Below are positions 25,681-37,950 of a stretch of 64,000 bases of DNA, one piece after another (position 1 is the first letter of the stretch; each line of letters starts with the position of its first letter). The notes under the pieces are model-generated. The model was not told the origin of the DNA and did no database searches. It saw only the letters and a list, made by a program, of their open reading frames with translations. This stretch comes from Felis catus. Lineage: Eukaryota. The translations under genes were made by a program, and so were the position numbers. The stretch lies in contig NC_058368.1 of NCBI RefSeq assembly GCF_018350175.1, positions 35,714,001-35,778,000 on the forward strand, in the 5' to 3' direction.

Positions 25681-28221
25681 ATAATTCTTCTATTTTATAA
25701 GCATGATGTATCTTTCCATTTGTATTGTCTTCAATTTCTTTTGTCAATGTCTTACAGCTTTTAAAGTATAAGTCTGTTCTCTTTGGTCAAATTTATTCTT
25801 AGGTATTTTATTTGTTTTGTGCAATTGTAAATGAGATTTTAAAAAATTTCTCTCTTTTGTTATTAGTGTATAGAAATGCAAAATATTTCTGTATGTTGAT
25901 TTTGTATCCTACAACTCTACTGAATTCATTTATTAGTTCTAATAGTTTTTTTTTTTTATAGTCTTTAGGGTTTCTATGTATAGTATGTCATTTGCAAAAA
26001 GTAAGAGTTTAATTTTTTTCTTACCACTTTGGACACTTGTATTTCTCTTTGTCTGATTGCTGGGCTAGGACTTCCAGTACTATGCTGAATGAGAGTGATG
26101 AGAGTGGACCGCCTTGTCTTAACCCTGATTTTAGGGAAAATCTTTCAGCTCTTCCCCATTGAATATGATGTTAGCTGTGGGTTTGTATATATATGGCCTT
26201 TATTGTGTTACCACTAAAACTACTTTGTTGAGTTTTTATTATGAGTGGACGTTGTAGTTTGTTAACTGCTTTTTCCTGCATCTATTGAGATGATTATATG
26301 GTTATCTTTCTTGTTGTTAATGTGATGTATCCCACTGATTTGCAAATATTGAACCATTCTAGCATCCCTGGAATAAATCCCACTTGTTTGTGGTGAACGT
26401 TAATGTATTGTTGAATTTGGTTTGCAAAAATTTTGTTGAGGATTTATGCATCTATGTTCATCAGAGATATTGGCCTATAGTGCTCTTTTTATGCAATGTC
26501 TTTGTCTGGTTTGGAGATCAGGGTGTTGATGGCCTCATAGAATGAATTTGGAATCACTTCTTCCTCTTCTCATAGTTCAAGAAGAGTAGGGCATCAATCG
26601 TCTTTAAATGTTTGGTAGGATTCACATGGGAAGTCATCTGGTCCTGAACTTTTTTTTGTCGGGAGTTTTTTGATTACTGATTCAATCTCATTACTAATAA
26701 TTATTTGTTCAGACTTTCTATTTCTTCTTCAACCTTAGAAATTATTTCCAGGAATTTGTCCATTTATTCTGGGTTGTCCAATTTGTTGGTTTGTAATTTT
26801 TCATAGTAGTCTCATGATTCTTTGAATTCTGTGATGTTGGTTGTACTTTGGTTTTGTTTGAGTTGATTGTACTGCTCTTTCATTTCTGATTTTGAGTCCT
26901 TTTTTTTTTTCTTGATGCATTTGGTTAAAGGTTTAATCAATTTTGTTTATTTTTCAAAGAACCAGCTCTTAGTTTTATTGATCTTTTCTATTGTTTTTTA
27001 GTGTCTATTTCATTTATTTCCATGCTGATCTGTATTATTGCCTTTCTTCTACTAACTTTGGGCTTCATTTGTTCTTTTCCTAGTTTGTTTAGGTGTAAGG
27101 TTAGGTTGCTTGAAATTTTTCATGCTTTGGGAGGTACGCCTGTGTACCTATAAACTTCCCTCTTAGCACTGCTTTTTCTCCATCTCAAAGATTTTGGTCC
27201 ACTGTGTTTCCATTTTCATTTTTCTCTATGTGTTTTTTTTATTTCCTCTTGATTTCTTGGTTGATCTATTGGTTGTTTAGTAGCATTTTGTTTAGTCTTC
27301 ATGTGTTTGTTTTTTTCCAGTTTTATTTCTTCTAATGAATTTGTAGTTACATACATCATGGTCAGAAAAGATACTTGATATGATTTTAATCTTCTTAAAT
27401 TTATTAGACTGTTTTTGTGGCCTAACATGTGATCTATCCTGGACAGTGTTCCATGTGCACCTGAAAAGAATGTGTATTCTCTGGATTTTGAATGAAATAT
27501 TTTGTATATATCATCTGTGAAGTCCATCTTGTCTAATATGTCCTTTAAAGACATTTTCCTTATTGATATTTTTGCCTGGATGATCTGTCCATTGATGTAA
27601 GGGAGGGGTATGTGTGTCAAAGATTCCTACTATTGTATTACTGGCAAGATTTCCCTTTTTATCTGTTAATATTTGCTTTACATATTTAGATGCTCCTATT
27701 TTGGGTGTATGGATATTTACAATTGTTACATTCTTTTGTTGGGTTGATCCCTTTTATTATTATGTAATACCCTTCTTTGTCTCTTGCTACGGTTTTTTGT
27801 TTTAAAGTCTCTTTTGTCTGATAAAATATTGCTACCCCAGCTCTCCCCACCCCCCCCACTTCCATTTGCATGGAATCTTTTTCATCTCTCACTTTTAGTC
27901 TGTATATGCCCATAGATATGAAGTGAGTCTCTTATAAACAGCTCTAGATGGGTCTTATTTTTTATCCATTTAGTCATCCATTTAGTCTTTTGATTGGAAC
28001 ATGCCATCTATTACATTTAAAATAATTGATATATATTGTCATTTTGTTACTTATTTTCCGGTTGTTTTTGTAGTTTTCCTCTGTTCCTTTCTTCTTGTTG
28101 TCTTTTCCTGCGGTTTGATTACTTTCTGTAGTGTTATGCTTAAATTCATTCTCTTTATTTTTTGTGTATCTATTTTAAGTTTTTGGTTTGTGGTTACCAT
28201 AGAGTTCATACATAAAATCTT

Positions 28222-28332
28222 GTGGTGCCTGGCTGGCTCAGCTGGTAGAGCATGGGACTCTTGATCTTGGGGTTGTGAGTTCAAGCCCCACATTGAGCTT
28301 AGAGCTTACTTTAAAAAAATTAAAAAAAAAAA
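28222..28332 (+). mobile_element. Short tRNA-Lys-like Can-SINE in L1
   Basis: gcctggctggctcagctggtagagcatgggactcttgatcttggggttgtgagttcaagccccac plus an A tail; TSD tcatacataaaatctt / tcatatataaaatctt. Confidence 0.85.
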
Positions 28333-28710
28333 GGTCATATATAAAATCTTATGTATATAGCAGTCTATATTAAGTAAATGGTCACTTAAATTTGAACACA
28401 TTATAAAGGCACTACATTTTTACTTCCCCCATGTATAGATTTTATGTGTATAATGTATTTTACATCTTTTTATTTTATGTATCCTTAATTGTAGATGTAT
28501 TTGACCTTTAATTATTATAGATACAATTGATTTTACTACCTTGTCTTTTAACCTTCATGCTAGCTTTATAGGTGATTGATCTATCTTTGCTATGTTTGCT
28601 TTTATCAGTGAATTGTTTCCCTTTCACAATTTTCTTACTTCTAGTAATGTTCTTTTCTTTTCTACTTAAAGAAGTACCTTTAACATTTTTTGTAAAGCCA
28701 GTTTATTATT

Positions 28711-28927
28711 ATTATTATTTTTTTCAACGTTTATTTATTTTTGGGACAGAGAGAGACAGAGCATGAACGGGGGAGGGGCAGAGAGAGAGGGAGACACAGA
28801 ATCGGAAACAGGCTCCAGGCTCTGAGCCATCAGCCCAGAGCCTGATGCGGGGCTCGAACTCACGGACCGCGAGATCGTGACCTGGCTGAAGTCGGACGCT
28901 TAACCAACTAAGCCACCCAGGCGCCCC
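28711..28927 (-). mobile_element. Young feline SINE (SINEC_Fc-like)
   Basis: CpG-rich and close to the recalled consensus (gaccgcgagatcgtgacctggctgaagtcggacgc); perfect TSD aagccagtttattatt at 28695-28710 / 28929-28944. Confidence 0.92.
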
Positions 28928-31288
28928 TAAGCCAGTTTATTATTGATGACCTCCTTTAACTTTTGTTTGCCTGGGAAACTCTCTCTTATTCAATACTGAA
29001 TGAAAACCTTGCCAGGTAGAATATCCTTGGTTGTTTTTTTCTTTCTGGTACTTTGAACATATCATGCCACTCCCTCTTGCCTGCAAAGTTTCAGTTAAAC
29101 CAATTGATAGCTTTGTGGATTTTTCCCTTGTATGAAATTATTTCCTTTTCTCTTGTTGTTTTTAAGGTTATCTTTAATTTTTGATAACTTAATTATTATG
29201 TCGTGGTGTAGACTTCTTTGAGTTCATCTTGTTTGGAGCTCTCTGTGCTTCCTGAAGCACATGCTTCCTGAAGCATGTTTGTTTCCTTTCCTAGGTTAGG
29301 GAAGTTTGCAGCTATTTTTTCAAATAAGTTTTCTGCCCCTATTCCTCTTCTCCTTGTGGGATACCTATAATGCTAATCTTAGAGCACTTGATAGTGTATA
29401 AGTAGTCTCTTAACATATTTTTTCATCGTTTTCACTGTTCAGTTTAGATGATGTCTACCACATCACTGACCCATCCTTTGGTATCCTCTGATTTGCTGTG
29501 GGTTGCCTTGTATTTTTCATTTCAGCTACTAATTTTTTGCCTCTGATTCCTTTCTTACTTCCTATCTTTTTGAAGTTTTCCCTTAATTCATCCCTCTTCT
29601 CTCAAGTCTGGTGAGTATCTCTGTGATCATTACTTTGAATTCTTTATTAGGTAGATGGCTTATCTTTGTTTAGTTCTTTCTCGGAGGTTTTGTCATTCCT
29701 TTGTTTGGAACATATTTCTGTGTCTCATTTGTCTGGCTCTCTGTGTTTGTTTGTATGTATTATGTATATCAGCTGTATCTCCTGGTCTTGCAAGGAGTGG
29801 TCTTGTGTAACAAAGTGTCTGTGGACCCAGTAGATAATCCCTCTGGTCATCAGAACCAGGCTCTTCAGGGGTGTCTCTTGTGTGGGCTGTGTGTGCCTTC
29901 CTTTCATGACTGGGCCATGACTACTGTAGGTGCCCTGGTGAGTGGGGCTCACCCCCAGCCCAGCTGACTGCAATGACCAGCTGTAACTACCGCAGGCACC
30001 CTGTTGGGCAGGGGTAGCCCTCAGTGTGGACGACTGAGAGGCCTGGATGCAGCTGTTGGTGTGCTGGTTGGTGGGGCTGGCTCCTTACTTTCCTGGGGCA
30101 GGAGCTGCTTTGGAGGGGTGCTGCTTCTGGCTTGGGCTGCTTATCAGTGTGGTGGGTGGTAGTTGCTTTTGGGGAACACCATTCCTAAGCAAGGCTGCTA
30201 GCTGGGTACGGCAAGGCAGGAACTGTTTTGGAGAAGGGCGGTTGATTGTGGTGAGGTTTGGTCCACAGGGGAATGTGGAGACTGGAGAGTATTAGGGCTG
30301 CTCTTTCCACTGTCAGGCTGCTAGGCTGAAGGAGGATAGGAAGAAAAAAAAACAAAAAAACAAAAAAAACACACCCATCTGTCTAGCACATGACCGAAAA
30401 TTAGCCAATAAATTTCTTTGAGGAATAACCCAGGAACTTTTCAAATTGCTGCCCCTGTGCTGGGTTTTAGAGTGCATGATAGAGTGCCCTGACTCTTTAA
30501 GAGCAGATTTTCAGTTTCCTACAGCCTTCAGGCTGTCCCAGAGTTAAGCCTTGCTGATTTTCAAAGCCAGAAATTAGGAGGGCTCCTCTTCCTAGTTCAG
30601 ACCCTCATGGAGGTGGTGGGGGTGGGTGAAGTGGAGGTATGTGTCCCTGATGTGGGATTTGATCCCTCTGATCCTCAGGAAGGCCCTCCTGCCTGTGGGT
30701 CCATGTGCTGGCGGTGGGGGGAGGGGGTGTTGGTTCACAACTGTGTCTCTGCCTCACCTGCCCTTCTCAGTGTCGCTCTTTATGCCTTTGGCTGTGGAAT
30801 AGCTATTCCACTAGGCTCAGGTTGTTCTCAGAGTGAGTCGCACCATATGTAGTTGTAGCCTTGATGCTTCTGTAGGAGGAGGTGAGTTCAGTACCCTCCT
30901 ACTCTGCCATCTTTCCAAATCCCAAGACACCGTCTTCTTGTACCCATTCTCAAAGGCAAAGGTCTGTTTAGGAATAATGAACTTTTATGGGGAGATTTGG
31001 ATTCAATTTTGAAATACCATCCAGACTTTGTGGTTCTTTGGCAACTTCATGTGTTTTGCTAAAGAGTAGCTCTTAGAGCAAAATGACTTAACAGTTTGGC
31101 CCCAGGACATATTTTAAGAACACTCAGGCCTGGCAAGGACATAGAAGAGCTACTTTTAACAACTGACTAGACAAAACTGAATATGGTTACACTGCCAGCT
31201 TATGATTCCTGGATTTCAAAAATTTTAACAATTAATACGAAGAAGAAGAACACAAATGCCACTTTTTGAGGTTCAACCAAATTAGCAG

Positions 31289-31298
31289 TTTATTTATT
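31289..31298 (-). terminator. Candidate distal polyadenylation signal (overlapping AATAAATAAA)
   Basis: On the minus strand, two TGTA motifs lie upstream (31336-31333, 31325-31322), then AATAAATAAA, then TTTGTGTTCTTCTTCTTC downstream. Confidence 0.45.
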
Positions 31299-31703
31299 AG
31301 GACCTATTACTTTCCAAAAGTTACATAGTCTGTACAAAAAGTTGGCACAAAAGTAACCTCGAAATGTGCTCCTGGCCCACCTGTGCTTAACCATAAAGGA
31401 GGGTTTTGTTTTTAACTAGGAAACTCAGATCCACATTGGATTGTATTTTAAAATAAGAACGGATCAACCCAGGCAATAATCATTTGTGCCTAAACTAACA
31501 TTTTAAAGTCATTACTGAGTCCTCTTTTTGACTAAATAGTGTGGTAATAACTAGAGTTTTTGAGCAACTTGGTATAAATAATTGCATTTTCTAGATTTAC
31601 CAGAAAATGTATGACATAAATTATTGAACCATCTACTTCCTCATATAAACTTTGATACATTTTGTTTAAATATCTAAATGTTAACGAAGGACATACATGC
31701 ATA

Positions 31704-32178
31704 TAGAGTGGTCCCTCCATGCCTTCATTTCTGGTTTAACTTTCCATGGTTTCTGTTACCTGTGCTCAGCCATAGTCTGGAAGCAGATAATCCTCAGTCT
31801 GACATACTGTCAGAAGGTTATAGTACCTTAAAACTACACCTGCAGTGTTCACCTCACCTTCTTTCATCACGGAGGCATTTTATCATCTCCCGTCATCACA
31901 AAAAGGAGGAGTATAGTACATGAAGTTATTCTGATAGAAGCTACATTCATTCATATAGCCTTTTATTATAGTGTATGGTTACAATTATTCTATTTTAGTA
32001 TTAGTATTTCTGTTCATCTCTTACTGTGCCTAATTAGACATTAAACTTTGTATAGGAAAAAGCATAGTCTATTTAGGGTTTGGTACTACTTGCATTTTCA
32101 GGCATCCCCTGGGGAGGATGTCTTTGAATGAATCCCCTGAGGATAAGGCAGTGGTGGGGGGGGAGGGGGGCTGCTGTA
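31704..32178. mobile_element. MER44-like (TcMar-Tigger) DNA transposon relic
   Basis: Motifs ctttccatggtttctgttacctgtg, ggcattttatcatctc, tctcttactgtgcctaat and gggtttggtactac...tttcaggcatcc; ends ctgta. Confidence 0.75.
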
Positions 32179-33504
32179 TGATTGGATTGCCTCCCTTATT
32201 TATAAATCACTTCAAATATCAAATATATGGGAAAACTTGTTAGCAGCAGGTCTTTGCTTTTGGACAACTCGTTGTATTTGAGTGCTTACTTGTCTGTGTG
32301 TTTTTGCCAAATTCTTTACGCTGACCTGAGAGGGGGTGGGAACTCAGTTGGGGTTTGTCACTAGCCTGGACGAGCATCCTTGTCAAGGGTGCTGAGCTGT
32401 GTTTTGGCTTCACATTTACCTGCAAATTCAAAAGAATAAACTGTTTGCTCAGAAACATGAACTTGTACCTCGATGTCTAGTTTTCATCTGAAGTTGGCTA
32501 AAGGAATAATATGGATTTAAAAACCCTAATCATACCCCCCTGCCCATTGTTGAAGGAGCATTTATCACTGAAATCTGCAGCAGAAAATGAGCTGTTTCTT
32601 GGTTGGCTCTTACCTCTGTCTACTCTTTCGGTGTGGAGAGGGAAACACAAAACATAGTCCCCTATCCAGGCCTGATCAGAACAGACTCCCGCCAGGGAGG
32701 CGGAGGGAGTGGGGCCCCTGACCTGCAGGAGGCCGGCCCCTGCTGGTCCTCCCACTAGCTGGCTGTCCTTCCACTCCTGCAGACAGGTGCTGGGGGGCTG
32801 ACTGCGTCTGTTTAGGACTTGCCTGCATTTCTCGGCCCTTGGGGGTCTATGTCATCTTCACTTCCCTTTACTTGCCAGGCTGCTTCTCCCTTGTGGCTGC
32901 TCCCTGACCCAAGTTTCCAGAGTGTTTGCATGCCACCTGGTATGTCCGAACTATCTGGCTGAATTTCAGTTTTGCTTCTGAAAAGCCCAAGTGTTTGCAA
33001 AATCATGTTAAGAACTGATCGTCAGAATTCTTTTCTTTCACTTCTTTTCTTGCTGTTAGGGTCCTGTCTGCTAAAATGTGTAAATGTCCTTCACCTTTCT
33101 TCATTGTTAAGATTTGTTTTCAGGAAAATATGCATTTTGCCCTCTGGGTGCAATTTCTATTTCAGCCATACATAGGAGAACAATTTATTCCTGCATAGGC
33201 TGTGGATAACACTCTGTTCCCCAATGTCTATAAACAGGGCCTGGTTCATAGTTCTAATTAATTAACTTTATTAACTTGGAGCTGAAAGGAGGTGGCAACT
33301 TAAACAAGGAAATAAAAAGCAGTGGACCTCGCCAGACTGGTTCCACATAACTGCTTTTTAACTGAAGGTAAAAGAGCAGTCATTTATTTACTGCACATAA
33401 TAAAGCAAAATAGATGCTTAGATAGACTGCATAGCACAGGCTGTTTGCACAGAATATGCTAACTACAAAAACACCCGATTTTTTCATTTAGTGCGAGTAG
33501 CAAG

Positions 33505-33510
33505 TTTATT
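33505..33510 (-). terminator. Polyadenylation signal AATAAA (likely main DIAPH3 site)
   Basis: The plus strand reads tttatt. Minus-strand context is AAGAAAATAAACTTGCTACTCGCACTAAATG, followed by a downstream GU-rich element. Confidence 0.6.
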
Positions 33511-34049
33511 TTCTTTTGTATAGGATTAAGAGTTAATTCAGTGCCCCAAATGAGGGAAAATTGCAACATATGCATAGGAAACTTTCCTTGAAACACTTTA
33601 GATCTTCGTTAAACTTATTGATTGTCAGATCAAAGAGACTGTAATTTCAAGTTTGTTCACCGAAAAAAAAAAAACAAAAAACTTCATTACTTGGGAAGTT
33701 TCAAGATGCTACTTCCTGAGAGTCATAATAACCAAGGGGAAAAAATGCTCTCGCAGTTAAGAGTTTCGGCAGCACTCTAACACCGTATTACATCTACTTT
33801 ATACAAAAGCATGTGCATTTCACGAAGAGTGCATACATTGCTAGTACATCATTTTTGGAAATGTGCTCAACGGCCTTATAGTCTCCTGCAGGCTCTAATT
33901 AACACGAATTCAACAATGATAATAATGAGCTTACATTCATTTCCTTACGGCTCTGTTACATTCAATTTCATGTTTCTGATGTTACATTGATAGCATGTAG
34001 ATCCCAACTAAGGAGAAACTTGGGCCTATGTTAAATGACATGCATGGGA

Positions 34050-34168
34050 AATATATATATATATATATATATATTATACACATTTATGTGTATGTATATA
34101 ATATATAAATATATATATATATTATACATATACACACACACCATATATACATGCATACACACACACAC
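34050..34168. repeat. Compound (TA)n/(CA)n microsatellite in the DIAPH3 3' UTR
   Basis: Visible dinucleotide runs. Confidence 0.9.
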
Positions 34169-34561
34169 CAAGAGTTGACATTATAATTTGATATTCATTA
34201 ATGCTAAAAACAGTAAGGTAAAAATTACAGTGACTTAATAAAATGTATTCTCTTCAGGACACATTGCTGAACACATGGCTACCTACCTGTTCTCTAAAGC
34301 ATTATGTATAATTTAGCCACCAAATATAGAACACATGAATACCAGGAGACAAGAAAAGCATTAAAACCCATTATAATCTTGAATAAGCCAAATCCTCAAG
34401 TACATAGAAAAAGCATTGCAATCATGTAGTTAGCTTTATTTTTCTAATATATATCATAATTTAAACTATATAAAGTCACTTATATAAAAAGCATTTTTTT
34501 CAAGTGTTATAGCTTAGAGCATGGCTTTATATTTGGCTTAATCATTTTTTACCAGTTTAAT

Positions 34562-34824
34562 TTATAAAGCTCGTAATCTTGCCAGCAGGGCTTCAACTTC
34601 GGGAACAGATTCGTTTTTAGAAACAGAGCCAAGAAGTTCCATTTCCTTTTTTCTGTTGCTTTCTACATTACAGGCTTCCTTCTTCTCAACTGCCTTGATC
34701 CTCTCTGTAGACGTATGAGTGTCTAGATTATAATTAAGCTCCTTGGCGACTGGAGTCCTCGTTGAGTTGCAATTGATATTGTAGTGTGAACGTGACCCTT
34801 CTGTCAACTGCACTTTCTGATTTT
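34562..34824 (-). CDS. DIAPH3: Terminal coding exon of Diaphanous-related formin 3 (mDia2)
   Basis: Translation (E)NQKVQLTEGSRSHYNINCNSTRTPVAKELNYNLDTHTSTERIKAVEKKEACNVESNRKKEMELLGSVSKNESVPEVEALLARLRAL* matches the recalled human DIAPH3 C-terminus after the DAD (...VCNHENQKVQLTEG...EVEALLARLRAL). Strong acceptor on the minus strand, TTTAATGTTTCTTTCTTCCTTACTGTAG|AAAATCAG (AG at 34826-34825). Phase 1; stop TAA at 34564-34562. Confidence 0.93.
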
Positions 34825-35029
34825 CTACAGTAAGGAAGAAAGAAACATTAAACTTATCACTGTGGTAAGCAAGGACTGTGCACATTAACTTAAAATAATT
34901 ATTCTCAGACAAGTCCTCTTAGATAGACTAAATTAAAATATTCAGCAGAGACAGGTAGATTGAAAATAAATACACATAGTTTAAGAAGAAACTAAAATGT
35001 AAATAGACAACCATTTCATTAGCACAAAT

Positions 35030-35325
35030 GCCGATTTCCTTCTGGTCTCTGCTCAAATGCTATCTAAATAGAGAGGACTCTTCTGACCATACAACTGAAA
35101 TAGCGCTGCCCCTTTCCATCACGCATCCTTCCTCATTTTTTCCTTCACTGAACTCCTAACCACCAGACACATCATATATCTGTTTACTCGTCCATTCTCT
35201 GTCTCTTTACTAGAATATAAGCTCCAAGACAGCAGGGAGGTGGTTCGAAATACTGCTTTAATGTCAGTGCCTAAAATGGCTCTGGAGCAAAGTGATGCTC
35301 AATAAATATGCGCTGGGTAAAGAAA
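35030..35325 (+). mobile_element. L2 3' fragment
   Basis: tctctgctcaaatg...ctagaatataagctcca...cagtgccta...atgctcaataaata. Confidence 0.7.
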
Positions 35326-36639
35326 TTATCTCCAACTCTATGACCCAAGATATACCTTAGTTGGAATAATAATGAGAATTATTATTTTTAAAAAAAAACA
35401 AAAAGGAAAGTTTATAATAGGACTGTAAAAAGTCAACGACTTCCCTCAAAAGAAATATTGCATTTGGGAGGCAAATTGTTAAAACTTCCTAGCAAATCTA
35501 CATCATAATCTGTCAAATACACACACATATATTTATACAGACATGTATACATACACACATACATATTCTTTTATTGGTAAGTGAGCCTGACGTAGAAGGC
35601 TATAAGGAGAGAGCTGCAGTAGCTAATGACTAAAAGGCTCTGGCTGATTGACTTTTGCAAGGAACACGAGATTTTCTTTTAATTAACTGACTCTCCTATT
35701 GTACAACCTTATGAGTTAGCTCTCACAGACCTCAACACTTCTAAAAAACAGACACCCTCAATATTCATGTAACCTTGAACGGGGCTTGAAAATGGCTTCA
35801 ACAAACTTGACATGACATTTAAAGTTTTTTGGTTATTCGCTGAGAGATGTTCCATTATCCCAATAGTAATGACTTTGGAGCACAAGCAGTCACTCATGAC
35901 AGTGTGTTTTATGTGAGTGCTGAAAATTCCAACCGAAAACAGCTTGTACATTAAAAGGTGGCTGCTGAAGATATTTACTGCACTGTCATTTCCTGACCAG
36001 GGGCTTCCAGTGATGGATGAGTATTTTACACACTTTCTTGGACAATCTCAACAAATTTTAGAAGTATGATCACCTTTTAGCTGTTGGAAGAAAATAAATA
36101 CAGCTTTCCTATCACCTTCTCTATCAGCTGGGCAATCGTTACTCAAAAATAAAAATCTAACAGAGCACTGATTTTCCTAGAGCTATTTATGCTTTGTAAT
36201 TTATAAATTATATAGTTCTTTAATTATATAATTAAATATATAATGTACATATTGTGTTTGTAGTCAAGAGGACAGAGGACATACTATTCCTGCAGTTCCC
36301 ATGATCACACAAATTTATTTATTTTTATAGTATCCACCCTCCTGTCCCAGAATGTCTGAAAACTGCATTTGTAGCTAAGTGTAAATCTTTGGTCAGCTTA
36401 CGCTCCTTTCTCCAGATGTTCCTATCTTTTCTTGTCATTTGGTTTCTTGTAAACGACTCCATCATGATGATATCTCCGGTGAAGTAGCTGGTATCCTGCT
36501 GCTGGGCAACTCTAGCTCCATTTTTGATGGCAAACAAGAGATTAAGTTGGCTAAAATATGGGTGTGTAATAAACACAAAATATCCCATACCTTCTCTGGC
36601 TACAATGTATCAAGCCCAATTCTATATGTGGCAAAATGA

Positions 36640-37950
36640 AAAAGGGGCATAGGGTTTTAAGAGAAATCTGGATTGAAATCCAAGCTTCTGCTTGGCTTTA
36701 ACAATGGAACTTTTTGTGTCTCAGGTTCTATGAATCAACCTTAAAGAGTAGTTGTGAATGTTAATGGAAATAACGTGGGTGACACCAATTTCAAGATACT
36801 CGTGTTTCCCTTCTATAAAAGCTTCTTAAGGGATGCACCTACCCCCCAAGGCTGACCTGAGTTTCCAGTGACCATACCAGTGAGGCTTGAAATACCATTT
36901 TATTACCAGCTTGCGTTTACATAGCACCTTTATTTATAAAGCATTTGTTGTGCTTTAAACATAACCACCCTAGTTTTATAGATTGAGAGGTAAAAGCAAA
37001 AGGAAGTTAAGTCATTTGCTTAGACTGAGTTACGGAGTAAATCAGTGGCAGAAGCCAAATGCTGTCTCTAGAGATACTAAGGCTGTCTTAAACAAATTTG
37101 AAAAGCTTTTTGCCAAGGAAAAGTGCTAAGTAATTCAAAGCTAAGTTTCATAATAATCATATCCTGTACTTATACTTCAAAATGCTTTCTGTCACATTTA
37201 ATTCTCTCAACAACTTTGTACAGCAGATAGTAGACCCATGTAAACTACCTCAGAGCAGTATGTCCAAGGTCACACATGTACTCCTTTGCTTTCTGGGTCT
37301 TGCTGAAATTCATGACCATGAATTTCAAGTATGACCTTAATACCACTGCAGTTCCCTAGTCCATTTACTCTTCCATTCTCCTAGACAAATATTTTACGCC
37401 TTCTCCTTTCTTATCAACTGTCCAACATGTTCTCCTTCGCTGCCATTTAACTCATTCATAGAAGCAATCAGAAGAGAACTCCCATAAGCTTCTGCCTACC
37501 CCTACGATCTACCTACTTCACGCACATGCACTCCTTCTCTCCTTAGGATCTTCTCTGCCCCCCTCTGAGGACAAATCTTCACAGTGAACACCACATACTA
37601 CTGTCACTTGTCTATTCACCGACATTCCTCCCTGCAGCTTGTCCTCTCTCTACCATATTGGAAACGTTACCTTCTTCACGTGATCATTCCCCTCAGCATA
37701 CAAGTATGCTGTATTAAACCCAATCTTTAGAGAAAAAATATATATGTTTGACTCCACAGTCTCCATTTACTACCTCAATTGTTGACTGCCTTTATAGCAA
37801 AATATCTCAACAGAATTGCCCATTCTTACTGTCTCACTTCCTCTCTTCCTATTTTTCTCTTGAACCCACTCCAATCATGCTTTTGACCCTTTCCTCTTCT
37901 GAAACAGCTCTTGTCAAGGTCACTAATAAACTGCGTGTTGCTAACAGCAA
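36640..37950. mobile_element. Cluster of MIR fragments (about 36640-37280) and an L2 fragment (about 37290-37950)
   Basis: MIR-like ctggattgaaatccaagcttctgc and gttaagtcatttgc; L2-like cccactccaatcatgcttttg...gaaacagctcttgtcaaggtcac. Confidence 0.55.

Larger units (their letters stand above)
23806..30934 (-). mobile_element. Full-length decayed L1 (about 7.1 kb) with TSD
   Basis: TSD ttcttatacccatt (23792-23805) / ttcttgtacccatt (30935-30948). 5' end AAGATGGCAGAGTAGGAGG...CTCACCTCCTCC on the minus strand. EN fragments (YTFFSGAHGTLSRIDHMLGHK, RDKEGYYIIIKG) and a GC-richer 5' UTR at about 29800-30930. Confidence 0.9.
33485..34561 (-). other. DIAPH3: DIAPH3 3' UTR (proximal isoform, about 1.07 kb)
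   Basis: AT-rich sequence without interspersed repeats downstream of the stop codon. It ends at an AATAAA (33510-33505) followed by the GU-rich tract GGGTGTTTTTGT on the minus strand. Confidence 0.7.

Noticed and set aside
28222..28300. tRNA-Lys gene (also at 22950-23025)
   Set aside because: The anticodon arm and stems are mutated, and the A-rich tail and TSD show these are SINE or retroposed copies.
32690..32770. CTCF-like motifs in a GC-rich block (ccgccagggaggcg; ccactagctggctg)
   Set aside because: One needs an inserted base and the other has mismatches in the core, so both are too weak without ChIP data.
34825..34912. N-terminal part of the 116-aa ORF (MSENNYFKLM...FFLTV)
   Set aside because: It lies upstream of the splice acceptor and includes the polypyrimidine tract. 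It is an intronic open frame, not protein.
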